Assembly (NCBI GenBank): GCA_964371945.1
Contig: CAYJPA010000018.1
Coordinates: 244 to 64,243, forward strand
DNA: 64,000 nucleotides
Reading direction: 5' to 3'
Source: an uncultured Sphaerobacteraceae bacterium
Lineage (GTDB): Bacteria; Chloroflexota; Chloroflexia; Thermomicrobiales; UBA6265
This document shows positions 17,622 to 28,189 of the stretch, piece after piece; positions within the stretch are counted from its first letter, which is position 1; each line of letters opens with the position of its first letter. A program made the position numbers and the translations under genes. The notes under the pieces were generated by a model. It was not told where the DNA came from and ran no database searches. It saw nothing but the letters and a program-made list of their open reading frames with translations.

Positions 17622-19114
17622 TGGTTGAAGCGATTGCAAAGCCGGCGCAAGCAGGAACAGGCGGCCGGGGCACGACTGAAAAGGCAATCGACCGCACACA
17701 TATGGAGAACCTGACTCCAGCGGCGATCGTGGCCGAGCTGGACCGCTTCATTGTCGGTCAGATTGACGCAAAGCGAGCGGTCGCGGTCGCGCTTCGCAAC
17801 CGATTTCGGCGGCAAATGTTGCCGGATGAGCTCCGGCAGGAGATCCAACCGAAAAACATTCTGATGATTGGCCCGACCGGCGTCGGCAAAACGGAGATCG
17901 CCCGCCGGGTGGCGAAGATCGTCGATGCCCCGTTCATCAAAGTCGAAGCGACGAAATTCACCGAGGTCGGTTACGTCGGCCGCGATGTCGAGTCGATCGT
18001 GCGCGATCTCGTTGAGATCGCGATCAGCAATCTTCATGGTCAACGACTCGAACAGGTGAAGGACGAGGCCGCACGAACTGCCGCGCAGCGCCTGGTAGAG
18101 CTGCTCGCGGATCAGCAGCTCTCGAAAAAGCCGGTGCGTGTCGGGCGCAAGGCGCAAGCCGACGGCGACGAGCTGTCCGATGAGGGCGAAATCCACCGTC
18201 AGGAGGTGGCGACGAAGCGCAGATTGCAGCGCGAGCAGAAGCGCCTACTGTTGCTGCTGAACTCGGATGCGCTCGAGGAGGAGACTGTCGAGATCGAGAT
18301 CGAGCCGGAGGAGTTCGTCGATGAGTACAACCCGCTCGATTTCGTCGCCGGCATGACTCCAGACGATCTCTACGATACGTTCCAGGATTTCCTCGGCGGG
18401 CTAACGCCGCGAAGGCCGACCCGAAGACGGGTTTCGGTGCGTGAGGCACGCCGCATTTTGACGCAGCAGGAGGCAAACCGGCTGGTCGATATCGACGCGG
18501 TGATCGACGAAGCGATACAGCGCGTCGAAGAAGCGTCGGTCGTCTTTTTGGATGAGATTGACAAGACGATCTCGTCATCGGAGTACGGCGCCGATGTTTC
18601 AGGCGAGGGCGTGCAGCGAGACTTGCTGCCGATCGTCGAAGGCTCAGTGGTGATGACGCGCTATGGCGCGGTGAAGACCGACCACGTGCTCTTCATCGCC
18701 GCGGGAGCGTTTCACAACACGCGGCCCTCGGATTTGATTCCCGAATTGCAGGGCCGGTTTCCGATTCGGGTCGAGCTGAATAGCCTCACTGAGGATGATC
18801 TGTTCGCGATCCTGACCGAACCCCAAAACGCGCTGACCAAGCAATACCAGGCCCTACTTGGCACGGAGGGTCTCGCGCTCGAGTTCACCCAGGACGGCAT
18901 GCGCGAGATGGCCCGTCTCGCGACCGAGGTCAACGCTCGAACGGAAGACATCGGCGCCAGGCGCTTGCATACGATCGTCGAAAAGGTGATCGAAGAGATT
19001 TCGTTCGACGCGCAAAATTACAGCGGGCAAACGGTGACGATTGATCGCACGTTTGTCGCGGAGCGTGTTGGAGAAGTGGCGGCGGACGACGATCTCAGCA
19101 ACTTCATCTTGTAG
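17621..19114 (+). CDS. hslU: ATP-dependent protease ATPase subunit HslU
   Basis: LTPAAIVAELDRFIVGQIDAKRAVAVALRNRFRR, Walker A ILMIGPTGVGKTEIARR and FIKVEATKFTEVGYVGRDVESIVRDL are present, followed by a long charged I-domain. The start overlaps the hslV stop (TAATG). Confidence 0.95.
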   Translation: MVEAIAKPAQAGTGGRGTTEKAIDRTHMENLTPAAIVAELDRFIVGQIDAKRAVAVALRNRFRRQMLPDELRQEIQPKNILMIGPTGVGKTEIARRVAKIVDAPFIKVEATKFTEVGYVGRDVESIVRDLVEIAISNLHGQRLEQVKDEAARTAAQRLVELLADQQLSKKPVRVGRKAQADGDELSDEGEIHRQEVATKRRLQREQKRLLLLLNSDALEEETVEIEIEPEEFVDEYNPLDFVAGMTPDDLYDTFQDFLGGLTPRRPTRRRVSVREARRILTQQEANRLVDIDAVIDEAIQRVEEASVVFLDEIDKTISSSEYGADVSGEGVQRDLLPIVEGSVVMTRYGAVKTDHVLFIAAGAFHNTRPSDLIPELQGRFPIRVELNSLTEDDLFAILTEPQNALTKQYQALLGTEGLALEFTQDGMREMARLATEVNARTEDIGARRLHTIVEKVIEEISFDAQNYSGQTVTIDRTFVAERVGEVAADDDLSNFIL

Positions 19115-19198
19115 CACAAGGCGCAATAGTCAAGATGGCTCACGCATCGGATTGTTCCGTATGCCTGAATCCGTTTCGCTCAACGGTGCAAAACACGT

Positions 19199-19227
19199 TT
19201 GACATGCTATAGGGCGGGTGTTACATT
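19199..19227 (+). promoter_or_regulatory. Candidate sigma-70-type promoter for the peptide ABC transporter operon
   Basis: TTGACA (19199-19204), a 17-nt spacer, then TACATT (19222-19227). It is about 110 nt upstream of the first permease gene. Confidence 0.35.
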
Positions 19228-19338
19228 GCGCCCGCTCGTGGCAACCATCAACAAATGTGGGCTCGATTTGCGGTTGTTGTGACCCTTGGCCTGGGATCCC
19301 TTGCCGGCAGAACATCGCGGCAGTAGGACGACATAACA

Positions 19339-20277
19339 ATGCTGCGATATGCACTCCAACGCATGATCTGGTTCATCCCCACGTTGCTGGCGATGACCGC
19401 CGTCACGTTCGGGATCATGCAGCTCACGCCGGGCAGTCCGTTCGATGTCGCGAATGCCAACGGCCTGACCCCGGACATGATTAAAGCACTCGAAAAGCAC
19501 TATGGATTAGACAAGCCAATCTACGAGCGCTTCGTGCTTTACATCTGGAATTCTCTTCACGGAAGCTTCGGTGTCTCGTACGCGTACCGCCCGCAGCAGG
19601 TCAGCGATATCATCGAGCGCACGCTTCCGATCTCGCTTCACCTAGGCGTCATGGCAACAATTTTCGCGATCGTCTGCGGTATGACGCTCGGCATCTTGGC
19701 CGCGATCAACCAAAATGGCATTCTCGATTACCTCTCAATCGGTCTTGCGATTCTCTTCTATAGCATGCCGAATTTCGTCATGGGATTCATCCTGATCCTG
19801 GTGTTCGCGGTTTGGCTGCCGGACGCCGGCATCAGCCTCGGTTTGCGCGTCAGTGGATGGGATTCTCCAAAAGACTGGGTCTTGCCGACGGTCGCGCTCG
19901 GAGCAGCCCCACTTGCTACGCTTGCAAGGTATACGCGTTCCAGCATGATCGATGTCATACGGTCGGACTATGTGCGAACCGCGCGAGCAAAAGGTCTGGC
20001 GGAACGCAAAGTCATCCTCAAACACGTTTTGAAGAATGCGTTGATCCCAGTCGTGACGCTGATCGGCCCGATCTTTGCCGCCGTGGGCACCGGCTCGTTT
20101 TTCGTCGAGCGCATATTCAACGTTCCCGGAATGGGCAAGTTTTATGTGGACAGCATGCAGGCAAAGGATCAAACGATGATCCTCGCCGTCACGCTGATTT
20201 ACGGGGTTTTCCTGGCATCGATGAATCTGATCGTTGATCTGCTTTACGGCGTGATCGACCCGAGAATCCGGTATTGA
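19339..20277 (+). CDS. Peptide ABC transporter permease (OppB/DppB type)
   Basis: MLRYALQRMIWFIPTLLAMTAVTFGIMQLTPGSP is the typical N-terminus. The EAA-like loop is DYVRTARAKGLAERKVILKHVLKNA. Confidence 0.9.
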   Translation: MLRYALQRMIWFIPTLLAMTAVTFGIMQLTPGSPFDVANANGLTPDMIKALEKHYGLDKPIYERFVLYIWNSLHGSFGVSYAYRPQQVSDIIERTLPISLHLGVMATIFAIVCGMTLGILAAINQNGILDYLSIGLAILFYSMPNFVMGFILILVFAVWLPDAGISLGLRVSGWDSPKDWVLPTVALGAAPLATLARYTRSSMIDVIRSDYVRTARAKGLAERKVILKHVLKNALIPVVTLIGPIFAAVGTGSFFVERIFNVPGMGKFYVDSMQAKDQTMILAVTLIYGVFLASMNLIVDLLYGVIDPRIRY

Positions 20278-20325
20278 TGACCGTGCTCATCGACGCCGTT
20301 GGCTGCAGCTCATTCGGGAGCACAC

Positions 20326-21318
20326 ATGTCCCAACATAGCGGTCATCCCGACGAAATCGACCTCGCGCTACGACACGGCGCTACTGAGTATCCGGGGCCG
20401 ATCGTCGAGGCAGAGCTGGGGCCGCTTGGCGAGCTTGGCGCTGAAGCCGAGATGCAGGTTCGCAAGCAATCGAGCTTGTGGGGGGATGCCTGGCGCCGCC
20501 TTCTGAGAAACAAATTGGCCGTCATCGGTCTGGTTTTGGTCGTTTCTTTCTTCACGATCGCGATCATCGGACCGGCGATAGCACCGTACGGGGAAAGCGA
20601 GGTCGTTGATCCCCGGCTTGTTCGGATGTCGCCGAGCTGGACGTGGCCATTTGGCCTGGACGCAAACGGTCGGGACATCTTTAGTCGCATGTTGTACGGG
20701 GCTCGGGTATCGCTGCTTGTCGGTGTCGTGGCGTACATCATTATCCTCTCCATCGCGATTCCGATCGGTTCGATTGCAGGGTTCTACGGAGGCAAGATCG
20801 ATCTTGCATTGATGCGCCTGGTCGACGTGATTTTCACGATCCCGCAGGTGCTTCTCGTTTTGATGTTCGTCAACTGGCGTGGTCCGGGTTTAACGAACAT
20901 CTTCTTGGCGATCGGTTTGATCGGCTGGGTGACTGAATCCAGGTTGATTCGCGGTCAGTTCCTGACGCTTCGTGAGCAGGATTTCGTCAAGGCGTCACGC
21001 GTCGCCGGCGCGAGTGGGCCATACATCATCCTGCGTCACTTATTGCCGAACAGCATGACGCCGATCATTGTCGCCGCGACGTTCGGCATCCCGACCGCGA
21101 TCTTTACTGAAGCCGCAATTAGCTTCGTCGGTGTCGGTATTCGACCGCCGCAAGCGAGCTGGGGGCAGATGGTTGGCGCGGCGAGTCAGCCGGGGATCGT
21201 TCAGACAGACCCGCATATGCTTGTGTTTCCGGTTCTCGCAATTGGCCTGACCATGCTCGGATTTACTTTTCTCGGTGATGGTCTCCGCGACGCACTCGAT
21301 CCAAAGGGCAACGACTAA
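20326..21318 (+). CDS. Peptide ABC transporter permease (OppC/DppC type)
   Basis: WRRLLRNKLAVIGLVLV is present, and the EAA loop is DFVKASRVAGASGPYIILRHLLPN. The ATG at 20326 follows GGGAG. The maximal ORF starts with a TTG at 20299. Confidence 0.85.
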   Translation: MSQHSGHPDEIDLALRHGATEYPGPIVEAELGPLGELGAEAEMQVRKQSSLWGDAWRRLLRNKLAVIGLVLVVSFFTIAIIGPAIAPYGESEVVDPRLVRMSPSWTWPFGLDANGRDIFSRMLYGARVSLLVGVVAYIIILSIAIPIGSIAGFYGGKIDLALMRLVDVIFTIPQVLLVLMFVNWRGPGLTNIFLAIGLIGWVTESRLIRGQFLTLREQDFVKASRVAGASGPYIILRHLLPNSMTPIIVAATFGIPTAIFTEAAISFVGVGIRPPQASWGQMVGAASQPGIVQTDPHMLVFPVLAIGLTMLGFTFLGDGLRDALDPKGND

Positions 21319-21342
21319 TCAGACCCGCGACGGAGGCTCGTT

Positions 21343-22425
21343 TTGTCGACAACCACTGCTTCATCAACTTCGGCGAGGACCTACTCCGACAACATGCCCG
21401 GTCGATCCGTGCTGGAGGTCAACAATCTCAAGACGCAATTCTTCACGCGCTCAGGCGTCGTCTTTGCGGTTGACGACATCTCGTTTCGCGTCGGTGAAGG
21501 AGAAACGCTTGGAATCGTCGGCGAATCAGGGTGCGGGAAGAGCGTCACCTCACTGAGCATTATGCGCCTCGTGCCGAATCCCCCCGGCAAAGTCGTCGGC
21601 GGCGAAGTTCTGCTGACGGTCGATGGCAAAACACGGGACATCCTCAAAGTTTCCGACGGCGAGATGCGCGGTGTGCGCGGCAATAGCATTGCCATGATCT
21701 TTCAAGATCCGATGACGTCGCTCAATCCCGTCTACACAATCGGGGACCAGATCATGGAGCCGTTGATGCTCCATCTGGGACTCACTAAGAACGAAGCCGA
21801 GCAGCGTGCTATCGACCTCCTGAAGCGGGTCGGGATCCCTGCTCCTGAAGATCGCTTCCATTCCTATCCGCATCAGTTTTCGGGCGGCATGAGACAGCGG
21901 GTGATGATCGCAATCGCGTTGGCGTGCAACCCGAAGGTGCTTATTGCCGACGAACCGACCACCGCGCTAGACGTCACGATCCAGGCTCAGATTCTTGACC
22001 TGATGGCAGGGCTGAACAGAGACTTCGGAACGGCAATCATCCTGATCACTCATGATCTGGGTGTGGTCGCCGAGGTTTGCAAGCGCGTGATCGTGATGTA
22101 TGCCGGAAAGATCATTGAACAAGGCCCAGCGGTAAAACTGTTCGAGACACCGCAGCACCCGTACACAATGGGATTGCTGAAATCCATTCCGAGGTTGGGG
22201 CACGATGTCAAAGAGCGGTTGGCGCCGATTGGTGGACTTCCGCCTGATCTGCTTTCGCCGCCCAAGGGTTGCCGGTTTCGTCCTCGTTGTCCTCGACGGC
22301 AGTCAAAGTGCGAAGAGACGCCGCCACTTGTCGAGACGAGCCCCGGGCAATTCGCGGCATGCTGGTTCCCGGGTGGAACCGATCTTGAACCTGCCGGAGC
22401 TCAGACCGGAAACGGGCAGGGCTAG
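21343..22425 (+). CDS. Peptide ABC transporter ATP-binding protein (OppD type)
   Basis: TTG start 6 nt after [30 protein letters not shown] and [11 protein letters not shown] are present, with a C-terminal Cys cluster. Confidence 0.9.
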   Translation: MSTTTASSTSARTYSDNMPGRSVLEVNNLKTQFFTRSGVVFAVDDISFRVGEGETLGIVGESGCGKSVTSLSIMRLVPNPPGKVVGGEVLLTVDGKTRDILKVSDGEMRGVRGNSIAMIFQDPMTSLNPVYTIGDQIMEPLMLHLGLTKNEAEQRAIDLLKRVGIPAPEDRFHSYPHQFSGGMRQRVMIAIALACNPKVLIADEPTTALDVTIQAQILDLMAGLNRDFGTAIILITHDLGVVAEVCKRVIVMYAGKIIEQGPAVKLFETPQHPYTMGLLKSIPRLGHDVKERLAPIGGLPPDLLSPPKGCRFRPRCPRRQSKCEETPPLVETSPGQFAACWFPGGTDLEPAGAQTGNGQG

Positions 22426-22428
22426 CAG

Positions 22429-23445
22429 ATGACGGCAACTATCAAAGCCAACAGTCCGGCCAAGACCAACGGCGCCCGACCGGAAGAGATTCTTCGAATC
22501 GAGAATCTCAAGAAGTATTTCAAGATCGGCGGCGGCTTCCTGGGCGGTAGTGGAATCTTGATCCGCGCTGTCGACGATGTCAGCTTCGCTGTCAAACGCG
22601 GTGAAACGTTCGGCCTAGTCGGCGAGTCTGGGTGCGGCAAGACGACGCTCGGGCAAACAATCATTCGCCTGTATGAGCCAACCTCAGGAAACATCATCTT
22701 CAACGGAACGAATCTCAGCACGCTTTCTTCCGGCAAAATGCGTCCTTTTCGCAAAGATGTGCAGATGATCTTCCAGGATCCTTCGGCTTCACTGGATCCT
22801 CGCATGACCATCGGCTCCGTCATTTCGGAGCCATTGAACATCGCTAACATTGGAACGAGATCTGAACGGCGTGAAAAGGTCCAGGATCTTCTTCGCGTGG
22901 TGGGCCTCAACGCCTACTTTTCCAACCGGTATCCACACGAGTTTTCGGGTGGACAGCGACAACGTATCGGCATTGCTCGCGCGTTGGCGCTCAACCCGCA
23001 GCTAGTCATTTGCGATGAACCGGTTTCGGCGCTGGACGTGTCGATTCAGGCGCAAGTGCTGAATCTGTTGAAACAGCTGCAGGAGCAGTTCAACCTGACC
23101 TATCTCTTCATCGCTCACAATCTTGCCGTGGTGGCGCATATCGCCGATCGGATCGGCGTCATGTATCTCGGCAAATTGGTCGAGGTGTGCGATTCGCGCA
23201 CGATCACTGAATCGCCGAAGCATCCGTATACGCAGGCCCTCATCTCGGCGATTCCCTTACCAATGCCCGGCCGGGCACGGCAACGAATCATCCTGGAAGG
23301 CGACGTGCCGAGTCCAGCGAATCCGCCATCCGGTTGTCGATTCCATCCTCGCTGCCCGATTGCGCGGGAAAACTGTGCGGAGTTCGAGCCCGTACTGGAA
23401 GAAAAGGGGAGCGGCCATTGGGTCGCCTGCCATTACGCGTCGTGA
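22429..23445 (+). CDS. Peptide ABC transporter ATP-binding protein (OppF type)
   Basis: [24 protein letters not shown] and [11 protein letters not shown] are present, with the C-terminal [14 protein letters not shown]...ACH. Confidence 0.9.
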   Translation: MTATIKANSPAKTNGARPEEILRIENLKKYFKIGGGFLGGSGILIRAVDDVSFAVKRGETFGLVGESGCGKTTLGQTIIRLYEPTSGNIIFNGTNLSTLSSGKMRPFRKDVQMIFQDPSASLDPRMTIGSVISEPLNIANIGTRSERREKVQDLLRVVGLNAYFSNRYPHEFSGGQRQRIGIARALALNPQLVICDEPVSALDVSIQAQVLNLLKQLQEQFNLTYLFIAHNLAVVAHIADRIGVMYLGKLVEVCDSRTITESPKHPYTQALISAIPLPMPGRARQRIILEGDVPSPANPPSGCRFHPRCPIARENCAEFEPVLEEKGSGHWVACHYAS

Positions 23446-23596
23446 GGAGGTTTTGCCTAGACTTTGCATTTTGCTCGGTGTTTGGATAGGATTCGGTGCA
23501 CGGACCGAACCGAACAAGTTAATTTCGGGAGGATCGTCGGCCGTGGCATCGGCGCCACGTTCGATGTGATCACTTGATGACACGGAGGGATTCGAA

Positions 23597-25405
23597 GTGT
23601 CAGAAATGATTGGGAAAGCAGAACAACTCGAGATCATGCAGAAGCGATTGCTTGCTGGCGGCATGAGCCGGCGGCAGGTCATGAAGGTAGCCGCTGCCGC
23701 CATGGCAGGCGCGACGGTTGGAGTGGCGACTCGGGCCGATGCACTCGCGGCTCCGGCCGGCGTTTCGAACCGACTCCGGTTCCGGGCACAGGAAGAGCAG
23801 GTTTTCTATCACGACGGAATCAACGATGACCCGACGAGCTTCGACTTCAATCTGAACCTCTACTGCAACGCAGAAGAGGAGGTTTGGTCCGGCTTGCTCA
23901 CATTCGACGCCGATCTCAACGCCGCTCCCGACTGGGCCGAAACGTGGGAAACCAACGCCGATGCCAGCGAGTGGATTTTCCACCTGCGCCCCGATAACAC
24001 GGGTTGGTCCGACGGCAACCCCGTCACGGCGGATGACTTCGTGTGGTCGTTCCGGCGTCAACTCGATCCAGCGAATGCCGCGGCCTACGCGGGGTTCCTG
24101 TTCGACATCAAGAACGCTGAAGCATTCAACCTCAACACCCCAATCGACGACGCCAATGATCCGCTCAACGGCCAGGTGCCGACGGGCGACGACCTCGGCC
24201 TTGAGGCCATTGATCAGTGGACACTCAAGATCACTATGCAGGGTCCACGCGCGTACTTCCCGCAAGTGGTCGCCTACCTCGCCGCCGTTCCGTCGCCACG
24301 ATGGATGGTCGAGGAGTACGGCGATAAGTGGGCGCTCGGTGAGGACGACATCCCCATCGTCACCAACGGCCCATTCAAGGTCGATGCGTGGGAAAAGGGG
24401 AAGGTCATCCGCCTTTCCGTCAACGAGGGTCACTGGCAGTCCGAAACCACCAAGCTAACCAACGTCATCATTCCGATCTCGCCAAATGCGAACGCCGTTC
24501 TGCTCTACGAGAGCGGATCAGGCGATCAGCAACTCGACTGGACCGTTCTCGGCGCGGCCGACTTCAAGAGGTACTCCGAGGACCCGGAGCTGGCTTCTCA
24601 GATCCAGCCATACGTTTATCCCGGAATCTGGATGTTGGTGCCGAGCAACGGCGTTCCGCCCTTCGACCAGATCGAAGTCCGCAAGGCGGTATCGCATGCG
24701 ATCGACCGCGACCGGCTCTCAACCGTGACCGGCGGCCTGGTAACGCCGGGATACTGCATGGTTCCGATCGGTGTGTACGGATTCCTCGATGATCCTGCGC
24801 TGGCGGAAATCCAGAAATTCGATCCCGAGGCCGCAATTGCGGCGCTGGCGGGCACCGAATTCGAGGGCGGTCAGAACTGGCCCGAGATCACGCTCTGGAT
24901 GCGCGGCTCGGAGGAGGCCTACAACTCCGAGATCATGGCCAACGATATTGTCGATCAGCTCAACACGAACTTAGGCATGAACGTTCAAATCCAGATCGTG
25001 CCTGAAAACACCTGGCGGCCTTCGCTCTTTGAAAACATCTGGCAACTGGTCTTCATTCGCTGGTGGTATGACTACCCGGATCCGAACAACGGATACGGCG
25101 ACATGTTCTACAGCCGGAAGGCCTCCGGTAAACGGCAAGCCTGGTCGAATGACGAGTTTGACGATCTGGTCAACGCCGGGAAGTCCGAGCCAGATTTGGC
25201 CAAGCGGCTTGAAATCTACACACGGGCGGAGATGATCATTCAGGAAGACGTCGGCTATATGCCGCTCGTCTACCGGCTTGACAACTACGTCTTCAAGCCG
25301 TGGATCAAAGGCATTGCGGTCAATCAGCAGGGCTATGTGGTGCCGGACGGCAACATCTATGTCCGCATGTTGACGCAGGTATACAACGAGGGACGCCCGT
25401 CCTAA
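23597..25405 (+). CDS. ABC transporter substrate-binding protein, family 5 (peptide/nickel), Tat-exported
   Basis: GTG start 7 nt after GGAGGG. The Tat signal is MSRRQVMKVAAAAMAGATVGVATRADALAAP. The size (about 600 aa) and motifs such as DWAETWE...W.FHLR fit SBP family 5. Confidence 0.9.
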   Translation: MSEMIGKAEQLEIMQKRLLAGGMSRRQVMKVAAAAMAGATVGVATRADALAAPAGVSNRLRFRAQEEQVFYHDGINDDPTSFDFNLNLYCNAEEEVWSGLLTFDADLNAAPDWAETWETNADASEWIFHLRPDNTGWSDGNPVTADDFVWSFRRQLDPANAAAYAGFLFDIKNAEAFNLNTPIDDANDPLNGQVPTGDDLGLEAIDQWTLKITMQGPRAYFPQVVAYLAAVPSPRWMVEEYGDKWALGEDDIPIVTNGPFKVDAWEKGKVIRLSVNEGHWQSETTKLTNVIIPISPNANAVLLYESGSGDQQLDWTVLGAADFKRYSEDPELASQIQPYVYPGIWMLVPSNGVPPFDQIEVRKAVSHAIDRDRLSTVTGGLVTPGYCMVPIGVYGFLDDPALAEIQKFDPEAAIAALAGTEFEGGQNWPEITLWMRGSEEAYNSEIMANDIVDQLNTNLGMNVQIQIVPENTWRPSLFENIWQLVFIRWWYDYPDPNNGYGDMFYSRKASGKRQAWSNDEFDDLVNAGKSEPDLAKRLEIYTRAEMIIQEDVGYMPLVYRLDNYVFKPWIKGIAVNQQGYVVPDGNIYVRMLTQVYNEGRPS

Positions 25406-25439
25406 CGACTCGCGGAACAACCGAGCAATTGGGAACACG

Positions 25440-25473
25440 GAGCTCGGGGTGGTCGCAAGACCGCCCCGAGCTC
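25440..25473 (+). terminator. Strong hairpin after the transporter operon (15 bp, GCAA tetraloop)
   Basis: GAGCTCGGGGTGGTC-GCAA-GACCGCCCCGAGCTC contains one G-T wobble. It lies 35 nt after the SBP stop. There is no U-tract, so intrinsic termination is plausible but unproven. Confidence 0.45.
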
Positions 25474-25571
25474 ATTCGCGTTACAAAGGTAGACGCAAAT
25501 CGGGACGTGCGATACTGTCGTGCACTTTGCACGTAGTTGGGCATCGGCGATCGATCTGAGGAGACGGACAC

Positions 25572-26522
25572 GTGAGCGAAACGCATCCAACGTATTTGTG
25601 GTGGAACGGGGATCGGCGGAATTGGAACGATGCAACGGTCCACGTCACCGAGCTCGGTTGGTCGACCGTCGGCGCGGTCTTCGAGGGCATTCGCGCCTAT
25701 TGGAATCCAGATCAGGAAGAGCTCTATATCTTTCAGCTCCGCGAGCATCTCGAGCGCCTCGAGCGTTCGATGAAGCTGGTCAGGCTACCGTTTGCCTATT
25801 CGGTGGAATCGTTGACCGACGCGATCCTCGATCTGCTCCTGGCAAATGAATCCGCTGAAGACACGTACATTTATCCGATGGCCTACACCGACAATTCATA
25901 CAACCATCGATTCGACCGGCCGGAACAGGCTGCCGCGCTTGTGATTCACACGAGGCCGATGCCGTCTCATCTTGGAAGCGGGCTCGCGTACACCGCTCGG
26001 GTCAGCTCGTGGCGTCGAATCTCAGAAGACGTGATGCCACCCCGGGTGAAGAACCTCTCCAACTATCGAAACGGCCAGCTCGCCCGTCTGGAAGCACTGA
26101 GCGACGGCTACGATACCGCGTTGCTCCTGAACCACCAGGGAAAGATCTCAGAAGCGCCTGGGGCGTGTGTCATGCACGTTCGAGGTGGCAAGCTCATCAC
26201 GCCTGACCTGCAGAGCAGCGTGCTGGAGAGCATTACTCGTGAAGCGCTTATTGTGCTTGCGCGCGAGCAGCTCGGGCTCATCGTGGAAGAGCGGCGGGTC
26301 GACCGGACCGAGCTCTACGTCGCAGATGAAGTCTTCATCTGCGGTACGGCCGCCGAGGTCACCCCAATTGTGTCGATTGATCATTATGCAATTGGCAGCG
26401 GCAAAATCGGGCCAGTCACCGCGGAGCTCGACCGCGTCTACAACAGCGTCCTGCGAGGCACCGAGAGCAGCTACCAGAGCTGGAGAACCCCGGTTGGCGT
26501 CAGGTCCAAAGTGACCGCATAG
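25572..26522 (+). CDS. ilvE: Branched-chain amino acid aminotransferase (fold type IV)
   Basis: GTG start after GAGGAG. WWNGDRRNWNDATVHVTELGWSTVGAVFEGIRAYW is present, the central region fits the class IV aminotransferase pattern, and ELYVADEVFICGTAAEVTPI is present. Confidence 0.8.
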   Translation: MSETHPTYLWWNGDRRNWNDATVHVTELGWSTVGAVFEGIRAYWNPDQEELYIFQLREHLERLERSMKLVRLPFAYSVESLTDAILDLLLANESAEDTYIYPMAYTDNSYNHRFDRPEQAAALVIHTRPMPSHLGSGLAYTARVSSWRRISEDVMPPRVKNLSNYRNGQLARLEALSDGYDTALLLNHQGKISEAPGACVMHVRGGKLITPDLQSSVLESITREALIVLAREQLGLIVEERRVDRTELYVADEVFICGTAAEVTPIVSIDHYAIGSGKIGPVTAELDRVYNSVLRGTESSYQSWRTPVGVRSKVTA

Positions 26523-26572
26523 CGGTCGCGAATCGCGAGTACCGGCCGGAAACGATCAGAATCAAAGAAGTG

Positions 26573-26614
26573 AACGACCGGGCGGCGATAACTGCCGCCC
26601 GGTCGTTGCGTTTT
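26573..26614 (+). terminator. Rho-independent terminator after ilvE
   Basis: A perfect 14-bp stem, AACGACCGGGCGGC / GCCGCCCGGTCGTT, with a 7-nt loop, followed by GCGTTTT. Confidence 0.6.
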
Positions 26615-26798
26615 CTATACATTGGTGCCACGACTATTATACGATTGTATCAGCCGTGACTGCCCAAGGTTCGACTACGCTGAGCGAACGCTGTTCCACT
26701 GGCATTTGGGCAAAGGGTGGGAGGAATCCCGCCGGTGGCGCAGCGTGCTCCACTTTCGGTCACCAGAGTGGGCGTCGTGCCTCTTTGGCACAGTTAAG

Positions 26799-27194
26799 TC
26801 AGTCACTCGAACCCACGACCGCATCGACTTCGATCTCGACCAGCATTTCGGGGTAGATCAATCCTTTAACCTCGAGAAGCGTGCTGGTAGGTAGGGCGCC
26901 CCCGAAGACCTTTGAGACTTCTTCGGTTACTGCCGGCCAATCCGCGATATTGGTGAGGTAAATGCGGTAACGAACGACGTCGTTCGCCGAGGCGTCGGCC
27001 TGATCGAGCGCCCAGACGATGTTCGCCAGAATCTGCCGGGTCTGCGCTCCAGCGTCCCCGACGCCGACAAGGGCGCCATCTCTCATCGCGGTTGTGCCGG
27101 AGACGAAGACCATGTCGCCCACTCGTACGGCCCGCGAATAACCCACCTTGATCTCAAAGGGTGTTCCGGTACTGACTCGCGTTCTCTTTGTCAT
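26799..27194 (-). CDS. RidA/YjgF family reactive-intermediate deaminase
   Basis: GYSRAVRVGDMVFVSGTTA and the C-terminal PTSTLLEVKGLIYPEMLVEIEVDAV are present. The ATG follows GAGGAG. Confidence 0.85.
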   Translation of the reverse strand: MTKRTRVSTGTPFEIKVGYSRAVRVGDMVFVSGTTAMRDGALVGVGDAGAQTRQILANIVWALDQADASANDVVRYRIYLTNIADWPAVTEEVSKVFGGALPTSTLLEVKGLIYPEMLVEIEVDAVVGSSD

Positions 27195-27241
27195 CGCAAT
27201 TCTCTCCTCAACCGATGTGATCGAACGATGGAACGTGAATA

Positions 27242-28009
27242 TCAGGCTTTGTTGTCGAGCACTCCATGCTCATCCCACTGCAAACCGTAGGGACGACTCA
27301 CATAGTCGTAGAGCAGCGTATGAAAATCGGAGCGCTCTGGAGCCGCGAAACCGCGGTCTGCTTGCTTAATCTCCGAAAACTGGAACATGAACGTGACGTC
27401 GCCGTTCCGGTAGAAAAAGTAGAGGCTCCAACGCTCGTCACGTTCGAGCAGTGTGAAATCGCTCAGCAACCGCTCCTTGTGCTTTTGGAGATGCGCGTAG
27501 GCGGCTTCCAGATCATCGACCACAAAACCAATGTGGTGCCAGGAGGAGGGAAGTCCCGTGGAAAGCGGAGCTTCCTGGCCTGCATCGAACAGGAAGAGCG
27601 ATGTTGGGCCGGTTGACATCACCGTCAAATGTTCGTCGTCGCGCATTACCTGCATCTGAAGTACTTCGCGGAGGAAGTCGCGAGCGCCAGATCTGCCCTG
27701 AACCGTGATCGCCAGGTGATCGAACCCGACGTTGCGCCATGTCCCTTCAACCGCTGGGATTGGAATCGCGGTCGCGAGTATCTCAGTCGTTTCGAAGTGG
27801 TCCTGAACATCGCCGATAAAGTTGTCGGCGAAGACTTCGTCCCCATTGGGTGTGCGAAAGGTGAGCCGGTGTCCGACGGTCAGCTCTTTCGGCAACGCCG
27901 CGTGAAATGCTTCGTGGACAATCTGACCTCGCCGGAGATACGCGCTGAAGGACGTTCCCTCGACCTGAAACGTGATCTCGACCTGCTGATCGCTCTGACG
28001 TACAGCCAT
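27242..28009 (-). CDS. VOC (glyoxalase/bleomycin resistance/dioxygenase) family protein, two-domain
   Basis: There are two VOC-like modules (VGFDHLAITVQ... and WHHIGFVVDDLEAAYAHLQ). The ATG at 28009 has AAGGAG upstream. The maximal ORF reaches 28063. Confidence 0.65.
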   Translation of the reverse strand: MAVRQSDQQVEITFQVEGTSFSAYLRRGQIVHEAFHAALPKELTVGHRLTFRTPNGDEVFADNFIGDVQDHFETTEILATAIPIPAVEGTWRNVGFDHLAITVQGRSGARDFLREVLQMQVMRDDEHLTVMSTGPTSLFLFDAGQEAPLSTGLPSSWHHIGFVVDDLEAAYAHLQKHKERLLSDFTLLERDERWSLYFFYRNGDVTFMFQFSEIKQADRGFAAPERSDFHTLLYDYVSRPYGLQWDEHGVLDNKA

Positions 28010-28189
28010 TGACGACAACGCTCCTTGCTCAAAAATCAACCGTATTGCGTGAAATCCGACCATTAGTGCGTTGCCGGATTGGAACCCGTGCGGCAGCCTA
28101 AGCGTAGACTAGGCATCGTGCAATTGTGAGCAACCGCGCGGGTTTCAGTAAAAACTCAAACCTTTGCATTCATTCGCAGGAGTTGATCC